53,165 nt of DNA, from NCBI GenBank assembly GCA_013698095.1, contig JACCVQ010000153.1:1-53165 (forward strand), given 5' to 3'. Numbering within the stretch: position 1 is the first letter of the stretch; every line of letters begins with the position of its first letter. The stretch is from Chloroflexota bacterium. Its GTDB lineage: Bacteria; Chloroflexota; Limnocylindria; Limnocylindrales; CSP1-4. The notes under the pieces are model-generated. The model saw only the letters and a list, made by a program, of their open reading frames with translations. It was not told the DNA's origin and ran no database searches. Below are positions 9,024 through 18,264 of the stretch, one piece after another. Made by a program: the position numbers and the translations under genes.

Positions 9024-10199
9024 ATGCTCCGACTGCTGCATACCGCCGACGTCCATCTCGGCGCACGACACGCCGATCTCGGTGAGCAGGCTGCCGCCCA
9101 ACGCGAGCGTCAGTTCGCAGCGTTCCAGGCCGCCATCGATCTTGCCGTCGCCGAGAAGGTCGACATCGTCCTGATCGCCGGCGACCTCTTCGATTCGAAT
9201 ACCCAGCCGCGCCGCTCGGTCGAGCGTGTGGCGGCCGAGCTCAAGCGTCTCGCCGCGGCCCACATCCGGACGGTCATCATCCCGGGCACCCATGACGTCT
9301 ACGACCGCGCCTCGCTCTATCGCGTCCATGATCTCGCTGCCCTGGCCGGTTCGGCCGAGGACGACGACCTCGTCACGGTCCTGACCCCCGAGCGACCCAG
9401 CGTTCACTTCGCCGCCTGCGACGTGATCGTCCACGGCCCGGTGTTCGGCGCGAAGCGTGCCCCGCACAGCCCGCTGCGCGATCTCAAGGTCCGTGCCGGC
9501 GAGGGCGCGACGTGGCATGTCGGGATGGTCCACGGCTCGCTGGCGATCCCGGACAAGACCGATCGCGATGAGGTCGTCGTGACCCGCGAGGAGATCGAGG
9601 CCACCGGCCTCGACTACCTGGCCCTCGGCCACTGGCACTCCGCCCAGCAGGGCAAGGCCGGCGCCACGACCTGGGCCTACGCCGGCGCGCCCGAGCCGGT
9701 CGCTGTCACCCAGGACGGCGCCGGCAATGTTCTCCTCGTCACGCTCGACGAGTCGGCCGGCATTCGGACCGTGACGGTCGAGGAGCGGGTCGTTGGCAAG
9801 ACCCGCTTCGACAAGCTCGACATCGACGCCGCCCACCTCGCCGACCAGCCTGCCCTCGTCGACCTGATTGCCGCCAGGGCTGACCCGGATCTCGTCCTCG
9901 ACGCGCGCCTGACGGGCGTCCGGCCGGACGAGCTCGACGTCTCGATCGAGGAGGTCGAGGAGCGCCTGAAGGGCCGCTTCCTGAAGCTCCGGGTCCGCGA
10001 TCGATCGCTGCCGGCCCTGACCGGGGGAACCCTGCCCTCGCCGGACACGATCCCGGGAGCGTTCATCCGCAATGTCGAGGGCCGGATCGCGGAGCTCGAG
10101 GCCGACGGCTCCGACACCGCCGCGGGCGACGCCGCCGAGCTGCGCGACGTCCTCCGCCTCGGCCGGCTCCTGCTCGCCGGCCACGAGGTGATGCTGTGA
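9024..10199 (+). CDS. SbcD/Mre11-like (YhaO-type) metallophosphoesterase nuclease
   Basis: 'LHTADVHLG', 'AGDLFD', 'PGTHD', 'MVHGS', 'YLALGHWH', 'YAGAPE'. Confidence 0.9.
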   Translation: MLRLLHTADVHLGARHADLGEQAAAQRERQFAAFQAAIDLAVAEKVDIVLIAGDLFDSNTQPRRSVERVAAELKRLAAAHIRTVIIPGTHDVYDRASLYRVHDLAALAGSAEDDDLVTVLTPERPSVHFAACDVIVHGPVFGAKRAPHSPLRDLKVRAGEGATWHVGMVHGSLAIPDKTDRDEVVVTREEIEATGLDYLALGHWHSAQQGKAGATTWAYAGAPEPVAVTQDGAGNVLLVTLDESAGIRTVTVEERVVGKTRFDKLDIDAAHLADQPALVDLIAARADPDLVLDARLTGVRPDELDVSIEEVEERLKGRFLKLRVRDRSLPALTGGTLPSPDTIPGAFIRNVEGRIAELEADGSDTAAGDAAELRDVLRLGRLLLAGHEVML

Positions 10200-12391
10200 G
10201 GATCACCCGACTGACGCTGCGCGACTTCCGGCGCTATCGCGAGCTGGAGATCCCGCTCTCGCCCGGGCTGACCATCGTCCACGGCCCGAACGAGGCGGGC
10301 AAGACGACGATCCAACGGGCGATCGAGCTGGCCCTGACCCGCAAGGTCACGAGCGGGGGCGCCGATATTGAGGGGCTCCGATCGTGGGATGCGGCCGAGG
10401 ATGCCCGGCCGGTGATCAGCCTGGCATTCGAGATCGAGGACGAGGAGCGCGGCCTTCGGAGCGGAACCCTCGAGAAGGCGTTTCGTGGCGCGAAGGGAAC
10501 AGTCCGGCTCGAGGTGGACGGTGAGACGATCACCGATCCGACCCTCGCCGACCAGGCCCTCGCCGAGCTGACCGGGATCCCGAGCGAGGCCTTCTTCCGC
10601 TCGACGGCATCGGTCCGCCACCAGGAGCTGGCCGATCTCGACCGCGACGAGGCCGCTCTCCGCGACCGCCTCCAGGCCTCGATCAGCGGCGCCGACCGCG
10701 GCACGTCGCTGGCGCGCCGCAAGCTCGAGCGGGCGCTGTACGACCTGAACACGAAGGGCGCCAAGAATCCTGGCCGGCTGAAGACCGCCGAGGACACGGT
10801 CGAGCAGGCTCGCCTGGCCGTGGAGCAAGGCGAGCTCGCCCTGGCCCAGCTGGAGCGCGACCGGGACACGCTGGCCGGCGCGCGCGAGCGGCGGGCCGAG
10901 ACGGACGCCAGCCTTGCTGAGCGCCGATCGCTGCTCGAGAAGGCCCGCCAGGCGGAGCGCCTCAGTACGGAGCGGATCAACGCCCGGGAGCGCTTCGAGC
11001 GCTATCGCCAGGCGGTCGCGGTCCACGAGGAGCTGACCGCCCTCCACGCGAGTCATCCGTCGGCCAACCCACTGCCCGTGCTCGAGCAGATCGTCACCCG
11101 CCTGCGCGGACTCGACATCCAGATCCGCGAGCTCAAGGCCGTCCTCTCCGGCGAAATCGAGGTGTCCTTCGAGGTTCCACCGGAGCCGACCTGGCGACCG
11201 CTGTCGCGGCTCGCGATCGGTTTCGTGCTCATGGGCCTGCTCGTGGCCGGAGTCACCATCGTCGGCCGCCAGATCGGGATCTTCAACGTCGGCACCGCCC
11301 CGGCGATGCTCGGCGGCGCGGCCGCGGGCATCGGCTTCATCCTCGCGTTCGTCGCCTGGTGGCTACGCCGGAGCGACCGCGTCCAGGCAGAGTTGCGCGA
11401 CGTCGAGATCGATCGCCGCCTCCGCGGCCGGTCCGAGATGGAGCTGGAGCTCCGCCAGGCCGAGGCCGACACTGCCCAACAGCTGGCTGGCCTGTCGCTC
11501 GAAGACCTGACCGCGGTCGAGGCGCTCCTCACGAGCGAGCAGGATCACGTCGGACGGATCGACCGCCTCAGCGGCCAGCTCCAGGGGCTCGTCGGGAAGG
11601 AGCCGGCCGACAGCCTGGCGTCCCAGCGCGACGCGTCAGCCCTCGAGGTCGAGCAGAAGACGCACGCACTCGATGCCCTCGGCCCGATCGCCAAGGAGTC
11701 CCGGGCCCGGGAGCGGCTCGAGGTCGAGGTCCGCGACCTCGAGGGACGTCTTGAGCGGGCTCGCGACGACGAGGCAAACGCCCGCGCCCGGGTCGAGGCC
11801 AACGGCGTCGACGCCGAGCAGGTGGCCGGTCACAGCGAGCGTCTGGACGGCTGGCGCGAGCAGCTCGCCGCGCTCCAGCGCAAGGCCCGGGTCTACGACC
11901 GGACGCTCAAGGAGATCGAGACCGCCGAACAGGCGACGATGACGACCGCCACCCGCTTCCTCGAGCGCCAGATGGTCGGCGACATCGATCGGATCACGGG
12001 CGGCCGGTATCGCCGGGTCGCGGTTGACGACAAGACTCTCGACCTTCGTCTCCACGCCCCGGAGAAGGGCGACTGGGTCGACGTCCGATCGCTCAGCCAG
12101 GGCACCCTCGATCTCGTCTACCTCGCTGCTCGCCTCGGCCTGGTCCGGCTCGTGACCGGCGACCGCCGTCCTCCGCTGATCTTCGACGACCCGTTCATCA
12201 CACTCGATGACGAGCGAGCCAAGCGCGCCCTGGAGCTCCTCCGCGAGATCTCGCGCGACTTCCAGGTGATCTACCTCACGACCTCGGATCGCTACCACGC
12301 GGCGGCCGACGCGGTCGTTGCGCTGGCCGGCCCGACCGAGATCGACGACGCCCCGATCAAACCGATCGCGGCAGGGGTCGCCCACGGCTGA
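10196..12391 (+). CDS. SMC/Rad50-like (YhaN-type) ATPase with internal transmembrane helices
   Basis: Walker A 'GPNEAGKTT', coiled coil, signature 'LSQG', Walker B 'LIFDDPF'; two hydrophobic helices mid-protein; GTGA overlap with the nuclease. Confidence 0.88.
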   Translation: MRITRLTLRDFRRYRELEIPLSPGLTIVHGPNEAGKTTIQRAIELALTRKVTSGGADIEGLRSWDAAEDARPVISLAFEIEDEERGLRSGTLEKAFRGAKGTVRLEVDGETITDPTLADQALAELTGIPSEAFFRSTASVRHQELADLDRDEAALRDRLQASISGADRGTSLARRKLERALYDLNTKGAKNPGRLKTAEDTVEQARLAVEQGELALAQLERDRDTLAGARERRAETDASLAERRSLLEKARQAERLSTERINARERFERYRQAVAVHEELTALHASHPSANPLPVLEQIVTRLRGLDIQIRELKAVLSGEIEVSFEVPPEPTWRPLSRLAIGFVLMGLLVAGVTIVGRQIGIFNVGTAPAMLGGAAAGIGFILAFVAWWLRRSDRVQAELRDVEIDRRLRGRSEMELELRQAEADTAQQLAGLSLEDLTAVEALLTSEQDHVGRIDRLSGQLQGLVGKEPADSLASQRDASALEVEQKTHALDALGPIAKESRARERLEVEVRDLEGRLERARDDEANARARVEANGVDAEQVAGHSERLDGWREQLAALQRKARVYDRTLKEIETAEQATMTTATRFLERQMVGDIDRITGGRYRRVAVDDKTLDLRLHAPEKGDWVDVRSLSQGTLDLVYLAARLGLVRLVTGDRRPPLIFDDPFITLDDERAKRALELLREISRDFQVIYLTTSDRYHAAADAVVALAGPTEIDDAPIKPIAAGVAHG

Positions 12392-13256
12392 TCCGGCCGG
12401 ACCGGGCCTGGCCGTCGTCGTCCTCGGACTCGCCTCGGCCGTGGCCTGGGGCGCCGGTGACTTCGGTGGTGGCTGGACCGGCCGGCGGGCGCCGGTGCTC
12501 GGGATCGCGCTCGGCGTGGATGCAATCGGCGTCACGGTCATGGTCGCCCTCGGCGTCGTCCTCGGCGGTCCGTTGCCCAGCCCGACGACGGCGTTGCTGG
12601 CAGTGGTGGCCGGCGTCTGCAGCGTGGCCGGGATCCTCGGCCTGTACACGGGGCTGGCCGTCGGGCGGATGGGGGTCGTCGCACCGGTCACCGGGTTGAT
12701 CGCGGCCAGCCTGCCGGTCGTGGTCGGGATCGTCGCCGAGGGGCTCCCGCCGGTCCCGGTGGTCGTCGGCATCGGTGCCGCCCTCGTTGCCGTCGTTCTC
12801 GTGTCGCGCTCGGCGGACCTCGACGGTCGCCCGTCGGGGATCGAGTACGGGATCATCGGCGGGATCGGCCTCGGCCTGTTCAACGTCGTCGTCGGGGCGT
12901 TCCCCGAGGACCACGTCGTCTGGCCCCTCGCCCTGATCAAGCTGGGCGCGCTGCTCCCGATCGCCCTCCTCGTCGCGATCGGTCGGCGACCGTGGCGGAT
13001 TGGCGGTCCGATCCTTCCCGCAGTCGTTGCGGTGGCCGTCCTTGACCTCGCCGGCAACGGCCTCTACATCCTGGCGACCCAGGCGGGCCGGCTTGACGTC
13101 GCCGCGACGCTCAGCTCGCTCTACCCGGTGACGACGATCGTCCTCGCGGTCGCGATCCTGCGCGAGCGCGTGACCCGGACCCACCTCGTCGGGATCGCCA
13201 TGGCCGCGGTCGCCATCGTCCTGATCGCCGGCGGCTCGACCGCGCCCACTGGATGA
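12384..13256 (+). CDS. EamA/DMT family transporter (start uncertain)
   Basis: 'LASAVAWGAGDFGG', 'GRMGVVAPV', 'LSSLYPVTT', 'LRER'; no in-frame ATG before the first TM helix. Confidence 0.82.
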   Translation, partial: TADPAGPGLAVVVLGLASAVAWGAGDFGGGWTGRRAPVLGIALGVDAIGVTVMVALGVVLGGPLPSPTTALLAVVAGVCSVAGILGLYTGLAVGRMGVVAPVTGLIAASLPVVVGIVAEGLPPVPVVVGIGAALVAVVLVSRSADLDGRPSGIEYGIIGGIGLGLFNVVVGAFPEDHVVWPLALIKLGALLPIALLVAIGRRPWRIGGPILPAVVAVAVLDLAGNGLYILATQAGRLDVAATLSSLYPVTTIVLAVAILRERVTRTHLVGIAMAAVAIVLIAGGSTAPTG

Positions 13257-13273
13257 CGTTGGCTGGCCCGCGA

Positions 13274-13894
13274 TCACCCGCGAGCAGCATCACTGACGGC
13301 TGACAGGGGATGGTGGGTCGAACGAGACCGGGCGATCGCCAGGGCGTCGAGCTCCGGGGGCGTCGTGACCACCGCGGCGGCCGCAAAGCCCTCGTTTCGC
13401 AGGCTGGTCGCGATCGCCTCCGGTGTGTGGCCGAGCCGCGCCATGGCGGCGAGGTGGCGATCCACCACGTCCGCCGGCACGACCCGGCCGGAACGGCCGA
13501 GGTTCCGGGCGTGGACCTCGGTGGCCCGCAACGCGAGCACGATCGCGGTCGCGGCCAGGCCGGCATCCGCCGCGAGCCGGACCAGGGCGCGGCGCGCCGT
13601 CAGCTCGACATTCGTGGCATCGACGACGACGAGGCGCCCGCCCGCGAGCCGGCGACGCACCTCTCGGTGGAGGACGGCGAAGGCGGGTCGGGTCGCCCGC
13701 TGATTCGCTGCATCGCCGCCGATCGCCGCGCGCAGCGCGTCGGACGAGAGGACCTCGTCAGCGGCAAAGAGACGCGCGGCGAGCGTCGACTTGCCGGATC
13801 CGGCGGGTCCGACCAGGACGACGAGGCTCGGGACGGGGACCTCGATGGGGGCCTCTCTTGGCGGCGGACCGGCAGGATGCGCGGGCCGGATCAC
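13274..13894 (-). CDS. P-loop kinase, AAA_33 / polynucleotide-kinase N-domain-like
   Basis: 'SLVVLVGPAGSGKST', 'VLSSDALR', 'VVDATNV', 'LRNEGF'. Confidence 0.8.
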   Translation of the reverse strand: MIRPAHPAGPPPREAPIEVPVPSLVVLVGPAGSGKSTLAARLFAADEVLSSDALRAAIGGDAANQRATRPAFAVLHREVRRRLAGGRLVVVDATNVELTARRALVRLAADAGLAATAIVLALRATEVHARNLGRSGRVVPADVVDRHLAAMARLGHTPEAIATSLRNEGFAAAAVVTTPPELDALAIARSRSTHHPLSAVSDAARG

Positions 13895-13901
13895 GGTCGC
13901 G

Positions 13902-14768
13902 TCAGGCCGGCCTGCGCCGGGTCTCCCAACCGTCGCCGGACTCCGCCCGCCGGACCTCGTACGCGGGTTGGTCGTACATCGCCGGGCCGCGCCGGACGTG
14001 CCCGTCGGCGAGGGCGAACCGGGAGCCGTGCCACGGACACTCGATCACGCCATCGACGACGCTGCCCTCGACGAGCGGCCCGCCGGCATGGGCGCACTGA
14101 GCGTGGACCGCCAGGATCCGATCGCCGTCGCGGATGACTGCCAGCTCGTTGATCCCGGCCTTCAGCTTCGTCGGACCGCCCTGCGGGATGTCTGGCAACC
14201 CGCCGAGGTCGAGCGGGACCCATTTCACGCCCGCCCCGCGCCAGGCGTGGCGGTTGACGTGGGTGCCGATGAGGTACACGAGATCGCCGCCGATGGCGGC
14301 GCCGACCGACAGGACGAGATAGGCCACGAGCGAGAGGGCGATCGGGACGAGCCGGTCCGGCGGGTTGCCGTTGCGGATGACGAGCGAGACGACGTACAGG
14401 ACGAGGGCGGTCGTCATCACGACGGAGTGGACGGTCGCGCGGGTCCGGGCAGTGCCATCGACGTCGGTGTAGTCGGCGAAGCCGGTTACGGCGGACGCGA
14501 CCATCGCCAGGATCCCGATCACGAGCGAGACGTCCGCGACGAGCGGCTGGCCGATCAGGTCGGCGATGATCGAGACCGTGAGCGCGCCGATCGGGACGTC
14601 GGTGATGACGACATGGACCGGGTGACCGAGCCACGTCCCGTTCAAGAAGTCCTTGACCGGCCGGATCGGGCGGAACAGGGCAGACAGCCAGCGATGGTAG
14701 AACTCGCCGAGGGGCTTCGACCAGCGTCCCTGGGCATCGACGGCGCGGGTCACGTAGCGACCGATCAT
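13902..14768 (-). CDS. Membrane domain (DUF2231-like) fused to a Rieske [2Fe-2S] domain
   Basis: 'LNGTWLGHPVH...DVPIG', TM helices, 'CAHAGGPL' and 'CPWHGSRF'; AAGGAGG SD. Confidence 0.88.
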   Translation of the reverse strand: MIGRYVTRAVDAQGRWSKPLGEFYHRWLSALFRPIRPVKDFLNGTWLGHPVHVVITDVPIGALTVSIIADLIGQPLVADVSLVIGILAMVASAVTGFADYTDVDGTARTRATVHSVVMTTALVLYVVSLVIRNGNPPDRLVPIALSLVAYLVLSVGAAIGGDLVYLIGTHVNRHAWRGAGVKWVPLDLGGLPDIPQGGPTKLKAGINELAVIRDGDRILAVHAQCAHAGGPLVEGSVVDGVIECPWHGSRFALADGHVRRGPAMYDQPAYEVRRAESGDGWETRRRPA

Positions 14769-14848
14769 CCTCGCGGACCTCCTTCTTCCGAGTGTACGTC
14801 GCGCGCCCGACGACGGTTCCGGCGGCCGGTCGGCTACCCTTCTGCGCC

Positions 14849-16147
14849 ATGTCGATCGCCGCCACCGAATCCTCTGCAAACCGCCTCACCGTCCTCGAAC
14901 GCGATCGGGAGCGCGACGGCCGATCCGACTGGAAGCGGATCGTCCTGGTGTTCTGGATCACCTCGATGATCGAAGGCCTCGGGGTTTCCCAGGTCTTCTC
15001 GTTCCTCGCCCCGTACCTGCGCGACGTCGGCGTCCCCGAGGCGGACCGTGCGCCCTTCGTCGGCTTGTTCTCGGCGCTCGTCTTCGTGGTCGGGATGCCG
15101 CTCGTCCCGCTGTGGGGCGTGTGGGCCGACAAATACAGCCGGAAGGCGGTCATCGTCCGGAGCTGTCTCGTCGAGGCAGCGGTGTTCGTCTGCGTCGCCC
15201 TCTCTCGGGAGCCGTGGCAGCTCGCCCTGAGCATCCTGCTGATCGGTTTCCAGCTGGGCAACACGGGGGTGATGCTGGCCGCGATCCGGGACGTCGTGCC
15301 GCGCCACCGGATCGGGACGATCATCGCGATCTTCGGCGCCTCGGGCCCGATCGGGTTCGCTGTCGGCCCGGCCCTCGGCGGCGTCCTGGTCGACTCGCTC
15401 GGCTGGTCGCTTTCGGCAATGTTCTGGGTGCCGGCGGTCCTGTCGGTCGCCGCCGGCGCGCTCGTCTGGTTCGGATCGCGCGAGGTCCGCCCGGCGGTCG
15501 TGCCGCAGGGTCGCGTCCTGCCGCTCGCGTACGGCGCCCTCCGGAGTGTCCTCGGCGATCCGGTGGTGCGCCGGATCTTCGCGATCTACGGGGTCGCGTT
15601 CCTCGCCAACCAGATGAGCCGGCCGTACCAGGCCCTGATCGTGGAGCAGCTCGTCGGAGTCGGGCCGGGTCTGGCCTCGTCGATCGGGTTCGTGGCCGGG
15701 ACGGCGGCCCTCGTCGGCGCCCTGATCTCGCCGTTCGGCGGGCCCGTCGGCGATCGCATCGGCTTTCGTCCCGTGCTCGTGACGTCGCTCTTCGTCGGTG
15801 GCCTGGCCCTGGTCGCGGTGCCGCTCGTTGCGACGGTCCCGGCGCTGGCGGTGTCGGTCCTGATCTTCACCGCGGCCAACGGGCTCGTGGGGGCGATGGT
15901 CTTCAGCCTGCTCGCCACGGAGGTCCCGGCCGAGCGCCGCTCGCAGACGCTGAATCTCGTCTACCTGCCGCTCTACGCGGCGGGGATCATCGGCCCGATC
16001 GTCGGGGCCGGCGTCTCGACCGTGGCCGGACCGGACGGCCCGTTCTGGATCGGGGCGGCCGTGTTCCTCGTCGGAGCCGTCGTCGTGCTCCTCCGCGTCC
16101 GCCCGAAGCGGGCGGCGGAGGTCGCGGAGCCGGGCGGCTCGATCTGA
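14849..16147 (+). CDS. MFS transporter
   Basis: 'WGVWADKYSRK', 'GDRIGFR', ~12 TM; TACCCT 8 nt before the ATG. Confidence 0.88.
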   Translation: MSIAATESSANRLTVLERDRERDGRSDWKRIVLVFWITSMIEGLGVSQVFSFLAPYLRDVGVPEADRAPFVGLFSALVFVVGMPLVPLWGVWADKYSRKAVIVRSCLVEAAVFVCVALSREPWQLALSILLIGFQLGNTGVMLAAIRDVVPRHRIGTIIAIFGASGPIGFAVGPALGGVLVDSLGWSLSAMFWVPAVLSVAAGALVWFGSREVRPAVVPQGRVLPLAYGALRSVLGDPVVRRIFAIYGVAFLANQMSRPYQALIVEQLVGVGPGLASSIGFVAGTAALVGALISPFGGPVGDRIGFRPVLVTSLFVGGLALVAVPLVATVPALAVSVLIFTAANGLVGAMVFSLLATEVPAERRSQTLNLVYLPLYAAGIIGPIVGAGVSTVAGPDGPFWIGAAVFLVGAVVVLLRVRPKRAAEVAEPGGSI

Positions 16148-16358
16148 CCGACTGGGCGCCGCCGGCCGTTCATGCATCGAACGGGTCAACCGACGGCTGG
16201 GTCATCGCTCGGGCGACGTCCGATGCGCCGGGTGCCTGGGATGACGCCTGCGCGGGGCGATCATGGCCGTCGTGAGTCGACGCCGTCCGTCCGGTCGTCC
16301 GTTCATGCAGTCGGTGCACCAAATGCGCCCGGCCGATCGAGCTGACTTCCGGCGCCGA

Positions 16359-17303
16359 TCAGGCGTCGCTGCGCCGAGTCGGACTCGTTGGTTCGGTGCG
16401 CGTCCGGCCGTCCGCCCGGTGGCCGGGCAGGAGCGGAATCACGGCGAGGAGCATCGACAGCCCGCCGTACCAGACCGCGGGCAAGGCCAGCATCGAGGCG
16501 ACCGGCACCGTCCAGCGCCTGTCCGTCCGGGCGCCCCAGACGACGAGCGCGATCGCGGCGGGGAGCCGGATCCAGAGCGGGATCGGGACCGACGCCCAGG
16601 TTCCGCTCCGGCCGCCGCCCGCGTTGCGGATGAGGACGTCGATCCAGTCCCGCCATTGCTCCGGCAGGATCACGAACGAGACCAGTGTGATCGCGGCAGT
16701 GGCGCCAAGCGCGATCCCGAGCGAGCGCCACTCGCGCCGGACGGCGAACCAGAGCAGCCCGATGCCCGGCGTGATCTTCGTGAGCAGGACGATCGCCCAC
16801 GCGGCCGGCCACCGGAAACCGATCACGATCGCCGCGGCCAGGAGCAGGGAGACGTTGCCGCCGGCGACCTCCATCGCCACGAAGGGAAACAGCAGCCCGG
16901 CGGCAAGGAGGCGCGGCCCGGTCAGGAATCGGACGGTCGCGACGAGGATCGCCGTCCAGGCGGCCATGAACAGCTGCCACGGCAGGACGGTCAGGGGCGT
17001 GACGAGCTGGAGGAAGGCGGGCGAGTAGACGTAGGCGATCGGGTCATTCCAATCGCTCCGGACATACGGGTCGGCGAGCGTCGCCTGCCAGTAGCAACGG
17101 GCATCCTGGCCAGTGCCCCACAGTCGACCCCACGGCTCGGCGAAGACGACGACGAGACCCCACAACGCGACCGCGATCGCGATCCCGAGCCAGGCGGGTG
17201 TTTCGAGCCGGGCGAGAACCGGGAGGCGACCCGCGGCCGCTCGTCGCAACGCGGCGAACGCGCGCTCCGTGGAGGAGTCGAAGACGGCGAGGGCGTGACT
17301 CAC
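16359..17303 (-). CDS. GT87 (DUF2029)-like membrane glycosyltransferase
   Basis: 'QDARCYW', 'YVYSPAF', 'GNVSLLL', 'LTKITPGIGLLW'; polytopic membrane protein; GTG start uncertain. Confidence 0.75.
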   Translation of the reverse strand: MSHALAVFDSSTERAFAALRRAAAGRLPVLARLETPAWLGIAIAVALWGLVVVFAEPWGRLWGTGQDARCYWQATLADPYVRSDWNDPIAYVYSPAFLQLVTPLTVLPWQLFMAAWTAILVATVRFLTGPRLLAAGLLFPFVAMEVAGGNVSLLLAAAIVIGFRWPAAWAIVLLTKITPGIGLLWFAVRREWRSLGIALGATAAITLVSFVILPEQWRDWIDVLIRNAGGGRSGTWASVPIPLWIRLPAAIALVVWGARTDRRWTVPVASMLALPAVWYGGLSMLLAVIPLLPGHRADGRTRTEPTSPTRRSDA

Positions 17304-17337
17304 CCGCCGATTATCGTCCGCCCCGCGAGCCGGACGC

Positions 17338-18264
17338 TCAGCCGGGCCGGCGGCGACCCACGACGACCGCGCCGGCACCGAGGAAGGCGAAGCTCAGGAC
17401 GGCCTGAGCCAGCGCCTCGCGGGTCTCGATCTCGCGATACCGCTGGCGCGGGATGCCGAACTCGACATAGGGGTAGTTGAACTCACGCTCCATGATCGTC
17501 GGATCCTCCGCGACGAGCTCGTCCCACGTGACGAGGCGCCCGTCAGGAAGCTCGAACCGGGCTTCGTTCATCGGCAGGTCGTTCTGGTATGTGTTCTCCC
17601 CGGTCAGGCGGACCGACTCGCTGACCAGCAGCCGCTTGTCCACCTCCGCGATCGCGACCAGCGTCAACCCGCCGAGGATCAGCGCGAGGAGCAGCGTCGG
17701 GACCGGACGCCCGATCACCGAGCCGACCGCCACCGCAATGCTGGCAATCAGCAGGGCGCCGGTGGCCAGCAGGACGCCGCGGGTATGGAAGCCGATGAAC
17801 GAGTTGGCGAGGTCGACGTCTGGCGCGAACAGCGCGATGAGCTGCTCCGACACGACGCCGATGATCATCGCCGTGACCGTGACGACCACCAGGATCGGCA
17901 GGACGCGCTGAACATACCAGCGGCGGCGCGAGGGACCGAGCGACCAGGCCAGCCGGGCGGTTCCCTTGTCGAGCTCACGGGCGATCAGCGGGGCACCCAG
18001 GAGCAGGCCGGCGAGAAACGGGAAGAACCCCGCGAGCTGCGACGACATCGAGGCGATCCGGGTCGCCCAGCGCCCGACGTCCTGGAGCTCGAGGCAGGCG
18101 ACCGAGGGGACCTCGGTGGACTCGATGCAGTCCGCGTAGCCGCTGTTCCGGATCCAGGTGAGGACGATGGCCGAGACGACCACGGACAGGGCGGTCGCGA
18201 CCAGGATGGCATGGACCTCGAAGCGGTTGATCCGGTAGGTGAGGCGGGTCGCGGTCAGCATCAC
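17338..18264 (-). CDS. ABC exporter permease
   Basis: 'GAPLIARELDKGTARLAWS', ~6 TM; overlaps the ATPase stop. Confidence 0.82.
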   Translation of the reverse strand: MMLTATRLTYRINRFEVHAILVATALSVVVSAIVLTWIRNSGYADCIESTEVPSVACLELQDVGRWATRIASMSSQLAGFFPFLAGLLLGAPLIARELDKGTARLAWSLGPSRRRWYVQRVLPILVVVTVTAMIIGVVSEQLIALFAPDVDLANSFIGFHTRGVLLATGALLIASIAVAVGSVIGRPVPTLLLALILGGLTLVAIAEVDKRLLVSESVRLTGENTYQNDLPMNEARFELPDGRLVTWDELVAEDPTIMEREFNYPYVEFGIPRQRYREIETREALAQAVLSFAFLGAGAVVVGRRRPG

